A stretch of 32,000 nt of DNA, taken from contig NZ_JBHSTI010000008.1 of NCBI RefSeq assembly GCF_042660085.1, positions 1,989,876 through 2,021,875 of the forward strand. Direction: 5' to 3'. Positions 22,401 to 30,487 of this stretch are shown here, one piece after another. Source of the stretch: Longivirga aurantiaca (GTDB lineage Bacteria > Actinomycetota > Actinomycetes > S36-B12 > CAIYMF01). Within the stretch, counting starts at the first letter, position 1; every line of letters begins with the position of its first letter. The position numbers and the translations under genes are program-made. The notes under the pieces are model-generated. The model searched no databases and was not told the DNA's origin. It worked only from the letters and a program-made list of their open reading frames with translations.

Positions 22401-22471
22401 GCGAAGCCGAGGCGGGCGAGGCGGCCCTGCAGGCTGCCCGACCGTCCCTCGGCCGCGCCGTCGAGGGTCAT
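19460..22471 (-). CDS. glnE: Bifunctional glutamine synthetase adenylyltransferase / adenylyl-removing enzyme
   Basis: 1003 aa with two nucleotidyltransferase halves (GKCGGHELNYISDVDVVYV and GRFGGGELGFASDADVLFV). N-terminus aligns by eye with mycobacterial GlnE. The ATG shares its A with the upstream TGA (TGATG). Confidence 0.95.
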   Translation of the reverse strand: MTLDGAAEGRSGSLQGRLARLGFADAALAVRLLSDPGLVGLGTDAVVDLSLAADPDLALATLSRIAETGDPAARALVAELDEDEESRRRVLTVLGASVALGDHLVRHPGDWTVLRAHDEGAPDFAPVDVVRSELLRAVGADPRATPPVASGSGTEVLSALRVAYRRRLLAIAAADLADGAAFVEVSAALADLADGTLEAALAIARSEHPDASDLVRIAVLALGKCGGHELNYISDVDVVYVVEPRDGVDETEAIRAGTRLAQSLMRACNAPTPEGSIWEVDPNLRPEGKSGALVRTLASYDGYYRRWASTWEFQALLKARPAAGDLDLGAAFVDLVTPFVWSAADRPNFVEDVQAMRRRVEENVPAKDADRQLKLGSGGLRDVEFSVQLLQLVHGRSDVMLHSSTTMTALESLATWGYVGREDASNLAQSYAFLRTLEHRIQLHRLRRTHVVPDSDVALRHIARSMGMRTDPVAELNDAWKKHRREVRRLHEKLFYRPLLNAVARLDAGEARLTHEAARQRLEALGYVDPAGALRNLEALTSGVTRRAAIQRTLLPVMLGWFAGAPNPDAGLLAFRRMSDSLGSTPWYLRLLRDESLAAQRLATILASSRYASDLLMRAPEGVTMLADDDELVPRTREALDAEALAAARRYEDPEVAVAAVRALRRRELFRTAVAELLGLAQVDDAGVALSAIAGATITGALEIAERAVTAERGSALPTRFLVVAMGRFGGGELGFASDADVLFVHDPLPGADDRDAHEAALAVAAELRRLLMIPTPDPALEVDASLRPEGRNGPLVRTIASYASYYEKWSSAWEAQALLRAEPVAGDDALGREFVAIIDPLRYPEGGIGESDVREIRRLKARMEAERLPRGADPGLHTKLGRGGLSDVEWVAQLITLQHGHAVPALRTTRTVPALDGAVAAGLLEAEDAEHLASAWRMATRVRDAVMLVKGRASDMVPTDTRDLAAVSQVLGYPPGESGALLDDYRRITRRARGVVERVFYA

Positions 22472-23235
22472 CAGGGCCGCGGACTGCCGGCCGACGCGCG
22501 GACGACCTCGGCGAAGGCCACCGCGAACGGACGCCACCCGTCGAGCATCTCCTGCTCGCGGTCCACGACGTCCTGCATGACCTTCTCCACGCTCGCGCCG
22601 GCCTTCTCGACCGGCTCGGGGTCGTCCGGGAACCAGGAGGCGAGGATCTCGGCGTCGACCTCGGGGTGGAACTGGATCGCCCAGGCGCTTCTGCCGAGGC
22701 GGTAGGCCTGCACGGGGCAGGTCGGGGTCGAGGCCAGCACGACGGCCCCCTCGGGCACCTCGAGCATGGCGTCCTGGTGGTACTGCGCGACGGGGATGCC
22801 CTGCGGGAGAACGGAGAACAGCGGGTCGCCCTGCGCCTCGGGCAGCAGGTCGATCTCGTAGATGCCGACCTCCGCCACGGGGGCGCGGTCCACGACGCCG
22901 CCTGCGGCGAGGGTCATGAGCTGGCCTCCGAGGCAGACGCCGAGGAGCGGCGCGGACGACTCGACCGAGCTGAGGATCAGGGCCCGCTCGTCGGGCAGCC
23001 ACGGTGCGCGCTCGTCCTCCCACGCGGCCATCTCGCCGCCGAGCAGCACCACGCCGTGGTAGCCCGCGGGGAGCTCGCGCGGCACGGGCTCGCCGAGGTC
23101 GGCGCGCACGACGTCGTAGCCGATGCCGTGCTCGTCCCACCAGGTGCCGAGCAGCCCGACCGGGTCGGTCGGGTCGTTCTGGATGACGAGGAGGCGTGCC
23201 GGCGCGGCTGCGCCCTCGATGGTCTGGGAGGTCAT
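22471..23235 (-). CDS. Class I (type 1) glutamine amidotransferase-like protein
   Basis: 254 aa. Nucleophile elbow GVCLGGQ. AIQFHPE His/Glu pair. Confidence 0.85.
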   Translation of the reverse strand: MTSQTIEGAAAPARLLVIQNDPTDPVGLLGTWWDEHGIGYDVVRADLGEPVPRELPAGYHGVVLLGGEMAAWEDERAPWLPDERALILSSVESSAPLLGVCLGGQLMTLAAGGVVDRAPVAEVGIYEIDLLPEAQGDPLFSVLPQGIPVAQYHQDAMLEVPEGAVVLASTPTCPVQAYRLGRSAWAIQFHPEVDAEILASWFPDDPEPVEKAGASVEKVMQDVVDREQEMLDGWRPFAVAFAEVVRASAGSPRP

Positions 23236-23283
23236 CGGGGCCTGATTCTGTGCGGGACGGTGTTCGCGTGCGGACGGGTCGGG

Positions 23284-24621
23284 CTAGAGGACGGGCAGGT
23301 AGCGCGCGAGCTCGAACGGTGTGACCTGACGACGGTAGTCCGCCCACTCCTGGCGCTTGTTGCGCAGGAAGTGGTCGTAGACGTGCTCGCCGAGGGTCTC
23401 GGCGACGAGCTCGCTGCGCTCCATCACCGTGAGCGCCTGGCCGAGCGACGTGGGGAGCGGCTCGATGCCGAGCGCGCGGCGCTCCGCCTCGGTCAGCGCC
23501 CAGACGTCGTCCTCGGCGCCCGGGGGCAGCTCGTAGCCCTGCTCGATGCCCTTGAGGCCGGCGGCGAGCATGACCGCGAACGAGAGGTACGGGTTGGCCG
23601 CGGTGTCGATCGACCGGAACTCCACCCGCGTCGAGTTGCCCTTGCTCGGCTTGTACATCGGCACGCGGACGAGGGCGCTGCGGTTGTTGTGGCCCCAGCA
23701 CACGTACGCCGGAGCCTCGCCGCCGCCGCCGAGGCGCTTGTAGGAGTTGACCCACTGGTTGGTCACCGCCGTGATCTCCGGCGCGTGCCGCAGCAGGCCG
23801 GCGATGAAGCTGCGCCCGACCTTGGACAGCGAGTACTCCGCACCCGCCTCGTAGAACGCGTTGCGGTCGCCCTCGAACAGCGACAGGTGCGTGTGCATGC
23901 CGGAGCCCGGGTGGTCGGCGAACGGCTTCGGCATGAAGGTGGCGTACACGCCCTGCTCGAGCGCGACCTCCTTCACGACCAGCCGGAAGGTCATGATGTT
24001 GTCGGCGGTGGTGAGCGCGTCCGCGTAGCGCAGGTCGATCTCCTGCTGCCCGGGCGCGCCCTCGTGGTGGCTGAACTCCACCGAGATGCCCATCGCCTCG
24101 AGCATCGTGATGGCCTGACGGCGGAAGTCGTAGCCGAGGCCGTGCGGCGTGTGGTCGAAGTAGCCCACCTGGTCGATCGGCGTCGGCACCTCGCCCTTGG
24201 CGAAGCCCTGCTCGAGCAGGAAGAACTCGATCTCGGGGTGCGTGTAGAACGTGAAGCCGAGCTCGGCGGCCTTGGCGAGCTGCCGCTTGAGCACGTGCCG
24301 CGGGTCGGCGTACGACGGGCTGCCGTCGGGCATGAGGATGTCGCAGAACATGCGGCCGACGCCGGGGCTCTCGCCGCGCCACGGGAGCACCTGGAAGGTG
24401 CTCGGGTCGGGCTTGGCCAGCATGTCCGACTCGAACACGCGCGCGAAGCCCTCGATGGCCGAGCCGTCGAACCCGATGCCCTCGGAGAAGGCGCCCTCGA
24501 GCTCGGCCGGGGCGACCGCCACCGACTTGAGCATGCCGAGCACGTCGGTGAACCAGAGCCGCACGAAGCGGATGTCGCGCTCCTCGATGGTGCGGAGCAC
24601 GAACTCGGTCTGCTTGTCCAT
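23284..24621 (-). CDS. glnA2: Type I glutamine synthetase, GlnA2-type
   Basis: 445 aa. MDKQTEFVLRTIEERDIRFVRLWFTDVLG closely mirrors the mycobacterial GlnA2 N-terminus. MPKPFADHPGSGMHTHLSLF and NRSALVRVP motifs. Alternative ATG at 24630. Confidence 0.92.
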   Translation of the reverse strand: MDKQTEFVLRTIEERDIRFVRLWFTDVLGMLKSVAVAPAELEGAFSEGIGFDGSAIEGFARVFESDMLAKPDPSTFQVLPWRGESPGVGRMFCDILMPDGSPSYADPRHVLKRQLAKAAELGFTFYTHPEIEFFLLEQGFAKGEVPTPIDQVGYFDHTPHGLGYDFRRQAITMLEAMGISVEFSHHEGAPGQQEIDLRYADALTTADNIMTFRLVVKEVALEQGVYATFMPKPFADHPGSGMHTHLSLFEGDRNAFYEAGAEYSLSKVGRSFIAGLLRHAPEITAVTNQWVNSYKRLGGGGEAPAYVCWGHNNRSALVRVPMYKPSKGNSTRVEFRSIDTAANPYLSFAVMLAAGLKGIEQGYELPPGAEDDVWALTEAERRALGIEPLPTSLGQALTVMERSELVAETLGEHVYDHFLRNKRQEWADYRRQVTPFELARYLPVL

Positions 24622-24640
24622 GCGGCCCATCTTGGACCAC

Positions 24641-24655
24641 CGCACGTCACGTGCG
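24641..24655. promoter_or_regulatory. 15-bp palindrome CGCACGT-C-ACGTGCG in the glnA2/nadE divergent intergenic region (operator candidate)
   Basis: Perfect 7-bp arms around a central C. It lies 20 nt upstream of glnA2 ATG 24621 and 51 nt upstream of the nadE GTG. Confidence 0.35.
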
Positions 24656-24693
24656 TGTGTCGGCTCGCCCCATCCCCCGCGACCCCGGCGTCC

Positions 24694-24699
24694 TAGGCT
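24694..24699 (+). promoter_or_regulatory. Candidate -10 box TAGGCT (TANNNT) 6 nt upstream of the nadE GTG; likely a leaderless transcript
   Basis: Reads TAGGCT-tccccc-GTG, with no SD upstream of 24706. Confidence 0.4.
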
Positions 24700-24705
24700 T
24701 CCCCC

Positions 24706-26439
24706 GTGCCCCAGATCCGGCTCGCCCTCGCCCAGGTCAACCCGTGTGTCGGCGACCTCGCCGGCAACGTCGACCGCGTGCTCGCGGGTGCCCGCGACGC
24801 GCACGGGGCCGGAGCCCGACTCGTGGCCTTCCCCGAGATGGTGCTCACCGGCTACCCGGTGGAGGACCTCGCCCTGCGCCCGTCGTTCCAGGCTGCCAGC
24901 CGCCAGGCGCTCGACTCGCTCGCCGCCCGCCTGGTCGAGGAGGGCCTCGGCTCGCTCGTGGTCGTCGTCGGCTACCTCGACGTCATCGACGACGGGCACG
25001 ACCGGCTCGGCCGTCCGCGCGGCGGTCCGCAGAACGCCGCGGCCGTCGTCACCGGCGGCCGCGTGGTGGCCCGGTACGCCAAGCACCACCTGCCCAACTA
25101 CGGCGTGTTCGACGAGTTCCGCTACTTCGTGCCCGGAGCGTCCACGACGGTCGTCCGCGTGGACGGCGTCGACGTCGCGATCGCCATCTGCGAGGACCTC
25201 TGGCAGGACGGCGGCCCGGTCGCCCAGGTGCGCGACACCGGTGCCGGTCTGCTCGTGGTCATCAACGGGTCGCCGTACGAGCGCAACAAGGACGACGTGC
25301 GCCTCGAGCTGTGCGCCCGCCGTGCGCGCGAGGCGGGCTGCCCGCTCGCCTACGTGAACATGGTCGGCGGCCAGGACGAGCTCGTCTTCGACGGCGACTC
25401 GCTCGTCGTGGGGGCCGACGGCGCGCTCGTCGCGCGGGCGCCGCAGTTCGAGGAGTCGCTGCTCGTCGTCGACCTCGACCTGCCGATGGCAGACCCCACC
25501 ACCAGCGCGTCGACGGCGGCCATCGGCTTCCCCCTGCCGGCGTACACCCCCGAGCCGCCGTCGGTCGCGCCCCGGCTCTCGGACGACGCCGAGGTGTGGC
25601 AGGCCCTGGTCGTCGGACTGCGCGACTACGTGGGCAAGAACGGGTTCCGGTCGGTCACCCTCGGCCTGTCCGGCGGAATCGACTCGGCGGTCGTCGCCGC
25701 GATCGCGTGCGATGCGCTCGGTGCCGACAACGTGCACGGCGTCTCGCTTCCGAGCGTCTACTCCTCCGACCACTCCCGGGGCGACGCCGCCGACATGGCC
25801 GAGCGGACGGGCCTGCACTACCGCACGGTCGAGATCGCGCCGATGGTCGACGCGTTCCAGGGCCGGCTGCACCTCTCCGGGCTGGCCGAGGAGAACCTGC
25901 AGGCGCGCGTGCGCGGCACCACGCTCATGGCGATCTCCAACGCCGAGGGCCACCTCGTGCTCGCCACCGGGAACAAGAGCGAGCTCTCGGTCGGCTACTC
26001 GACGATCTACGGCGACGCCGTCGGCGGCTACGCGCCGATCAAGGACGTGCCCAAGGTCGACGTCTGGGCGCTCGCGCGCTGGCGCAACGAGCATGCGCTC
26101 GAGCGCGGCGAGACCCCCCCGATCCCTCCGAGCAGCATCGACAAGCCGCCGTCGGCCGAGCTGCGCCCCGGCCAGCTCGACTCGGACTCGCTGCCCGACT
26201 ACGCGGTGCTCGACGACCTGCTCGACGACTACGTCGAGAACGACCGCGGGGCTGCCGAGCTCGTGGCCGACGGCTTCGACCAGGCGCTCGTCGAGCGGGT
26301 GCTGCGGCTGACCGACGTCGCGGAGTACAAGCGCCGGCAGTACCCGCCGGGCACGAAGATCTCCTCCAAGGGGTTCGGCCGCGACCGCCGCCTCCCGGTC
26401 ACGAACCGGTGGCGCGAGACCGTGCCCGACCAGGACTAG
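24706..26439 (+). CDS. nadE: Glutamine-dependent NAD+ synthetase (nitrilase-like glutaminase domain plus synthetase domain)
   Basis: 577 aa. N-terminal CN-hydrolase (IRLALAQVNP..., AFPEMVLTGYP, AIAICEDLW). C-terminal LGLSGGIDSAV P-loop. Confidence 0.93.
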   Translation: MPQIRLALAQVNPCVGDLAGNVDRVLAGARDAHGAGARLVAFPEMVLTGYPVEDLALRPSFQAASRQALDSLAARLVEEGLGSLVVVVGYLDVIDDGHDRLGRPRGGPQNAAAVVTGGRVVARYAKHHLPNYGVFDEFRYFVPGASTTVVRVDGVDVAIAICEDLWQDGGPVAQVRDTGAGLLVVINGSPYERNKDDVRLELCARRAREAGCPLAYVNMVGGQDELVFDGDSLVVGADGALVARAPQFEESLLVVDLDLPMADPTTSASTAAIGFPLPAYTPEPPSVAPRLSDDAEVWQALVVGLRDYVGKNGFRSVTLGLSGGIDSAVVAAIACDALGADNVHGVSLPSVYSSDHSRGDAADMAERTGLHYRTVEIAPMVDAFQGRLHLSGLAEENLQARVRGTTLMAISNAEGHLVLATGNKSELSVGYSTIYGDAVGGYAPIKDVPKVDVWALARWRNEHALERGETPPIPPSSIDKPPSAELRPGQLDSDSLPDYAVLDDLLDDYVENDRGAAELVADGFDQALVERVLRLTDVAEYKRRQYPPGTKISSKGFGRDRRLPVTNRWRETVPDQD

Positions 26440-27038
26440 CGCGCGAGGAAGCCCGCGAGCGCCGCGTCCACGACCTGGGTCGAGCCGGCGCCCGGCGCCG
26501 GGTCGCGGCCGCTCGAGCGCACCTGGTTCATGTAGACGCTCGTGCCGATGATGAGCGTGATGAGCAGCTCGAGGTCGGCGTCGGGGCGGATCTCGCCGCG
26601 CTCGATCCCGCGACGCAGCACGACGCGGAACAGCTCGCGCCGCGGCTCGATCACGGTGTCGTAGAACGACTCGAACAGGCGCGGGTTCGACTTCGCGTGC
26701 GCCATCACACGGTGGAAGACGAGCCCGTTCGGTGTCTGGACGTACGACCGCCACCAGGCGTCGACGAGGAACAGGATGCCGTCGCGGACGCTGCCCTCGG
26801 GCACGTCGTCCGGCAGACCGGTGACGAGCGCACCGAGCGAGGCCACCACGAGGTCGTCCTTGGTGGGCCACCGGCGGTAGATCGTGGCCTTGCTGACGCC
26901 GGCGCGGGTCGCGACCTCCTCGACCGAGAGACCGGTGGGCCCGACCTCGGCGAGCAGGTGGAGCGCCGCGTCGAGGATCGCCGAGTCGGCCCGGACGTCA
27001 CGGGGACGTCCGGGCGCACGCGTGCGGCTGACGGTCAC
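26436..27038 (-). CDS. TetR/AcrR-family transcriptional regulator
   Basis: 200 aa. HTH LSVEEVATRAGVSKATIYRRWPTKDDL. GTG 27038 overlaps the upstream MFS stop (GTGA). Confidence 0.9.
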   Translation of the reverse strand: MTVSRTRAPGRPRDVRADSAILDAALHLLAEVGPTGLSVEEVATRAGVSKATIYRRWPTKDDLVVASLGALVTGLPDDVPEGSVRDGILFLVDAWWRSYVQTPNGLVFHRVMAHAKSNPRLFESFYDTVIEPRRELFRVVLRRGIERGEIRPDADLELLITLIIGTSVYMNQVRSSGRDPAPGAGSTQVVDAALAGFLAR

Positions 27039-28831
27039 GGCCGCTCGGCCTCGCCCTTCGCGATCGGGGCGATGTACTCCTCGGCCGCCTCGGTGGCGTA
27101 CGTGTCCTCGAGCGCGGCCGCCTCGGCGTTCGCCTCCTCGCGGGTGTGCGCCTCGCCCACGTGCGGGTGCTCGTGGCCCGGGGTGCCGGGCCCGGCGGTG
27201 CGGCCCTTCTGCGGCGGGGTGATCGGCGGCAGCAGGAACCAGACGACCAGGGCCGCGACGAGGACGAGCGCCATCGAGATGAGGCTCGTGACGTGCGCGG
27301 CCGAGAGGAACGCGTCGAACGCGATGGCCTTGCCCTGCGCGACCAGCTCTGCAGGGGCGCCGTTCGCCTCGAGGTCGGTGAGGACGCGCACCGTGCCGCC
27401 GACGGAGTTCGTGGCAGCGTCGACCGCCTCCGGCGGGAGTCCGGCGGGCAGCGTGGCGAGCACCGGCTGCACGTTGGACGCGTACTGCGTCGCCAGCACG
27501 GTGCCGATGACCGCGACGCCGAAGGCGCCGAACACCTGCCGCACCGTGTTCTGCACGGCAGAGCCCGCGCCGGCGCGGGCGAGCGGGAGCGCGTTCTGCA
27601 TCACGGTCGAGGCGGGCGCGATCACGTTGCCCATGCCGAAGCCGAAGACGAAGAAGATGACCAGGACGAGCCACAGCGGGGTCGAGAGCGACAGCGACGC
27701 GACGCCGAGCAGCGCGAGCGTGACGGCGACGAGGCCGAAGGTCATGACGCGCTTGTAGCCGAACCGCTCGACCATGGCGGCGCTGCGGGGCGCGGCGATG
27801 ATCTGGCCCACGGCGAACGGCAGGAAGCAGAGACCCGCAGACAGGGTCGAGTAGCCGCGGATGGACTGCAGGAAGAACGGCAGCGTGAACGTGATGCCCG
27901 AGAGGGCGAAGAACGCGAGGCTCACAGCGGTCAGGCTGACGGCGTACCCGCGGTTCTTGAAGAGGGTGACGTCGAAGCTCCGGTGGTCGCTGCGCGCCTC
28001 CATCACGATGAACAGCGCGAGCACCGCGATGCCCAGCACCATCGGGACCCACACCGACGGCGTGAGGAAGGTGAGCGTCACCGAGGCGTGGATGATGCCG
28101 TAGACCAGCAGCACGAGACCGGTGAACGAGATGAGCAGGCCGGGGATGTCGAGGCGCTGCGGGTGCGGGTTCTTCGTCTCGGGGACCACGAGGATGATCC
28201 CGACGAGGCCGACTATCACGATCGGCACGTTGATGAGGAAGACCGCGCCCCAGTCGTTGCCGGTCAGGCCGTTGAACCACTCCGGGTGCTCGAGCAGCAG
28301 GCCGCCCAGCACCGGGCCGAGGGCGACGGCAGCACCGACCGCGCCGGCCCAGGCTCCGATGGCCTTGCCGCGCTCGTGGGGCGGGAAGACCACGGTGATG
28401 ACGGCGAGAGTCACCGGGAGGACGGCGGCGCCGCCGATGCCCATGACGCCGCGGAAGAGGATGAGCATCTGCGGCGTCGTCGCGAACGCGCAGATCGCGG
28501 AGGCGACGGCGAAGATGACGAGGCCGATCATGAGGATGCGCTTGCGGCCGTACTTGTCGCCGAGCACGCCCCACGTGAACAGCAGCGCGGCGAACACGAG
28601 GATGTAGGAGTCGACCGCCCACACGAGCTCGCTCTGGTCGGCGCCGAGGTCGCGCTGGATCGTCGGCAGGGCGATGTTGAGGATCGTGTTGTCGAGCACG
28701 ACCACCAGCAGGCTGGTGACGAGCACCCCGAGGATCGCCCAGCGGCGGGGGTGGCCTGCGCCCGATGTCTGCCAGCCGCTGGTGGGGGCCTCGGCGGCGG
28801 CCTCGCGGCGGGCGGCGCGTGAGTCGGACAT
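27035..28831 (-). CDS. MFS drug:H+ antiporter, DHA2 (EmrB/QacA, 14-TM) family, with an acidic C-terminal tail
   Basis: 598 aa. LDNTILNIALPTIQRDLG, LGDKYGRKRILMIGL. SD AAGGAGAA lies before ATG 28831. Confidence 0.9.
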   Translation of the reverse strand: MSDSRAARREAAAEAPTSGWQTSGAGHPRRWAILGVLVTSLLVVVLDNTILNIALPTIQRDLGADQSELVWAVDSYILVFAALLFTWGVLGDKYGRKRILMIGLVIFAVASAICAFATTPQMLILFRGVMGIGGAAVLPVTLAVITVVFPPHERGKAIGAWAGAVGAAVALGPVLGGLLLEHPEWFNGLTGNDWGAVFLINVPIVIVGLVGIILVVPETKNPHPQRLDIPGLLISFTGLVLLVYGIIHASVTLTFLTPSVWVPMVLGIAVLALFIVMEARSDHRSFDVTLFKNRGYAVSLTAVSLAFFALSGITFTLPFFLQSIRGYSTLSAGLCFLPFAVGQIIAAPRSAAMVERFGYKRVMTFGLVAVTLALLGVASLSLSTPLWLVLVIFFVFGFGMGNVIAPASTVMQNALPLARAGAGSAVQNTVRQVFGAFGVAVIGTVLATQYASNVQPVLATLPAGLPPEAVDAATNSVGGTVRVLTDLEANGAPAELVAQGKAIAFDAFLSAAHVTSLISMALVLVAALVVWFLLPPITPPQKGRTAGPGTPGHEHPHVGEAHTREEANAEAAALEDTYATEAAEEYIAPIAKGEAERP

Positions 28832-28901
28832 GGGTTCTCCTTGCGGCCGGCGTCCCCCGACGGGCCCTGGTGCGGTGGTCCGACCCCCTCGGCCGGACGG
28901 T

Positions 28902-28917
28902 GTGAGGCACGCCTCAC
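28902..28917. promoter_or_regulatory. Palindrome GTGAGGC-ac-GCCTCAC upstream of the MFS-TetR operon (TetR operator candidate)
   Basis: Perfect 7-bp arms with a 2-nt spacer, too tight for an RNA hairpin. It lies 71 nt upstream of ATG 28831, next to an AT-richer patch (CACCAATAACGAAACGCAA). Confidence 0.4.
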
Positions 28918-29053
28918 CAATAACGAAACGCAACCGTACCGTATCGGACCGGCGGCGCGACGCGATCCGGTAGATGACGCGGGCGCACCCACGTGCCACC
29001 ATGGCTCCTGAACGGGTACCCCAGCACGGGGACTCGAGTCGTTGGAGGTCCTC

Positions 29054-29905
29054 ATGACCAGCACGTCCTCGCACGTCCCGGAGCCCCTGTACGGCGGTTC
29101 TCCGAGCGGACGTCGCATCTCCGTCCACGACCTCGCGAGCGCCAAGGCGCGCGGCGAGAAGTGGCCCATGATCACGGCGTACGACGCCCTCACCGCGCGC
29201 GTCTTCGACGAGGCGGGCATCCCCGTGCTCCTCGTCGGCGACTCCGCCGCGATGGTCGTCTACGGCTACGACTCGACCGTGCCGGTCACGGTCGAGGAGC
29301 TCATCCCCCTCGTGCGCGGCGTGGTCCGCGGCTCCGAGCGGGCGATGGTCGTCGCCGACCTCCCCTTCGGGTCGTACCAGGCCTCCCCCGCGCAGGCGCT
29401 CGAGACCGCGAGCCGCTTCATGAAGGAGACCGGCTGCCACGCGGTGAAGCTAGAGGGCGGCCACCGCGTGCTACCCCAGGTCGAGCTGCTCGTGGCCTCG
29501 GGCATCCCAGTGATGGGCCACCTCGGCCTCACGCCGCAGTCCGTCCACGCGTTCGGCGGCTACAAGGTGCAGGGCCGCGGCGAGGACGGCGTCACCCTCC
29601 TGCAGGACGCCAAGGCGCTGCAGGCAGCCGGCGCGTTCGCCGTCGTGCTGGAGGTCGTGCCGGCTGACCTCGCCGCGCAGGTCTCGCAGGTGCTGCACAT
29701 CCCCACCGTCGGGATCGGCGCCGGCCCGGGCACCGACGCGCAGGTCATCGTGTGGCAGGACATGGCTGGCCTCACGCCGGGCCGCACCGCGAAGTTCGTG
29801 AAGAAGTACGCCGACGTGCACGGCGTGCTGCTCGAGGCGGCGCAGGCCTGGGCGGGCGACGTCGTCTCCGGCGCCTACCCCGCCGAGGAGCACACGTACA
29901 CCTGA
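29054..29905 (+). CDS. panB: 3-methyl-2-oxobutanoate hydroxymethyltransferase
   Basis: 283 aa. [61 protein letters not shown] 29054 follows GGAGG (TTG 29042 in the track is less likely). Confidence 0.93.
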   Translation: MTSTSSHVPEPLYGGSPSGRRISVHDLASAKARGEKWPMITAYDALTARVFDEAGIPVLLVGDSAAMVVYGYDSTVPVTVEELIPLVRGVVRGSERAMVVADLPFGSYQASPAQALETASRFMKETGCHAVKLEGGHRVLPQVELLVASGIPVMGHLGLTPQSVHAFGGYKVQGRGEDGVTLLQDAKALQAAGAFAVVLEVVPADLAAQVSQVLHIPTVGIGAGPGTDAQVIVWQDMAGLTPGRTAKFVKKYADVHGVLLEAAQAWAGDVVSGAYPAEEHTYT

Positions 29906-30015
29906 TCGGTGGGCCGGGCGCAGTCGGCGAGCCTGACTGACACAAGCTCCGAAACGGTGCATCCTCCGTGACCGAGGGGGCGTCATCCGACGTCCGACGC
30001 GAGAGGAACCGTCCC

Positions 30016-30387
30016 ATGGGCCCGACGCAGGCCGTCAGCTCGGTCTTCAGCAAGTTCGCCACCTTCAGCGGCCGCGCACGCCGCTCGGAGTACTGGTGGT
30101 TCGTCGCGTTCTCGATCGTCGTGCTGGCCATCGCGCTCGTCATCGACAACGTCGCAGGGCTCAAGCTCGAGGGCCAGCAGATCGGCTGGGTCTACACGGC
30201 CGTGGCGCTGCTCCTGGTCATCCCGAGCATCGCGGTGACCGTCCGCCGTCTGCACGACACCGGTCGCAGCGGCTGGTGGTGGTTCCTCTCGCTGGTCTGC
30301 GGCATCGGCGCCATCATCCTGTTCGTGTTCTGCCTCATGGAGGGCACGCGCGGCGAGAACGAGTACGGCCCCGACCCCAAGGCCTGA
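30016..30387 (+). CDS. DUF805-domain inner-membrane protein
   Basis: 123 aa. FSGRARRSEYWWF, AVTVRRLHDTGRSGWW, GENEYGPDP are hallmark DUF805 strings. Confidence 0.85.
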   Translation: MGPTQAVSSVFSKFATFSGRARRSEYWWFVAFSIVVLAIALVIDNVAGLKLEGQQIGWVYTAVALLLVIPSIAVTVRRLHDTGRSGWWWFLSLVCGIGAIILFVFCLMEGTRGENEYGPDPKA

Positions 30388-30401
30388 CACCACCGCGCCA
30401 C

Positions 30402-30435
30402 CACGACGCCCCGGCCACGCGGCCGGGGCGTCGTG
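30402..30435 (+). terminator. Intrinsic terminator-like hairpin after the DUF805 gene
   Basis: Perfect 15-bp stem CACGACGCCCCGGCC / GGCCGGGGCGTCGTG with an ACGC loop, starting 15 nt after the stop. No U-tract. Confidence 0.65.
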
Positions 30436-30487
30436 CTGTCCGGGGCGGCCTGCGGTCCGGGACGCGAACCGGCCGCTCGGGTGGTCG

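Noticed and set aside
19460-24640. Single 1726-aa ORF suggesting a giant fusion protein
   Set aside because: Only the C-terminal 1003 codons (from ATG 22471) read as GlnE. The upstream part is an out-of-frame shadow over the GATase1 and glnA2 genes. In the same way, only the last 445 codons of 23284..26871 are glnA2.
29013-29018. GGGTAC hexamer upstream of panB as a ninth SigF-type promoter
   Set aside because: There is no GTTT element 13-16 nt upstream (the region reads CACGTGCCACCATGGCTCCTGAAC), so only the -10 half matches.
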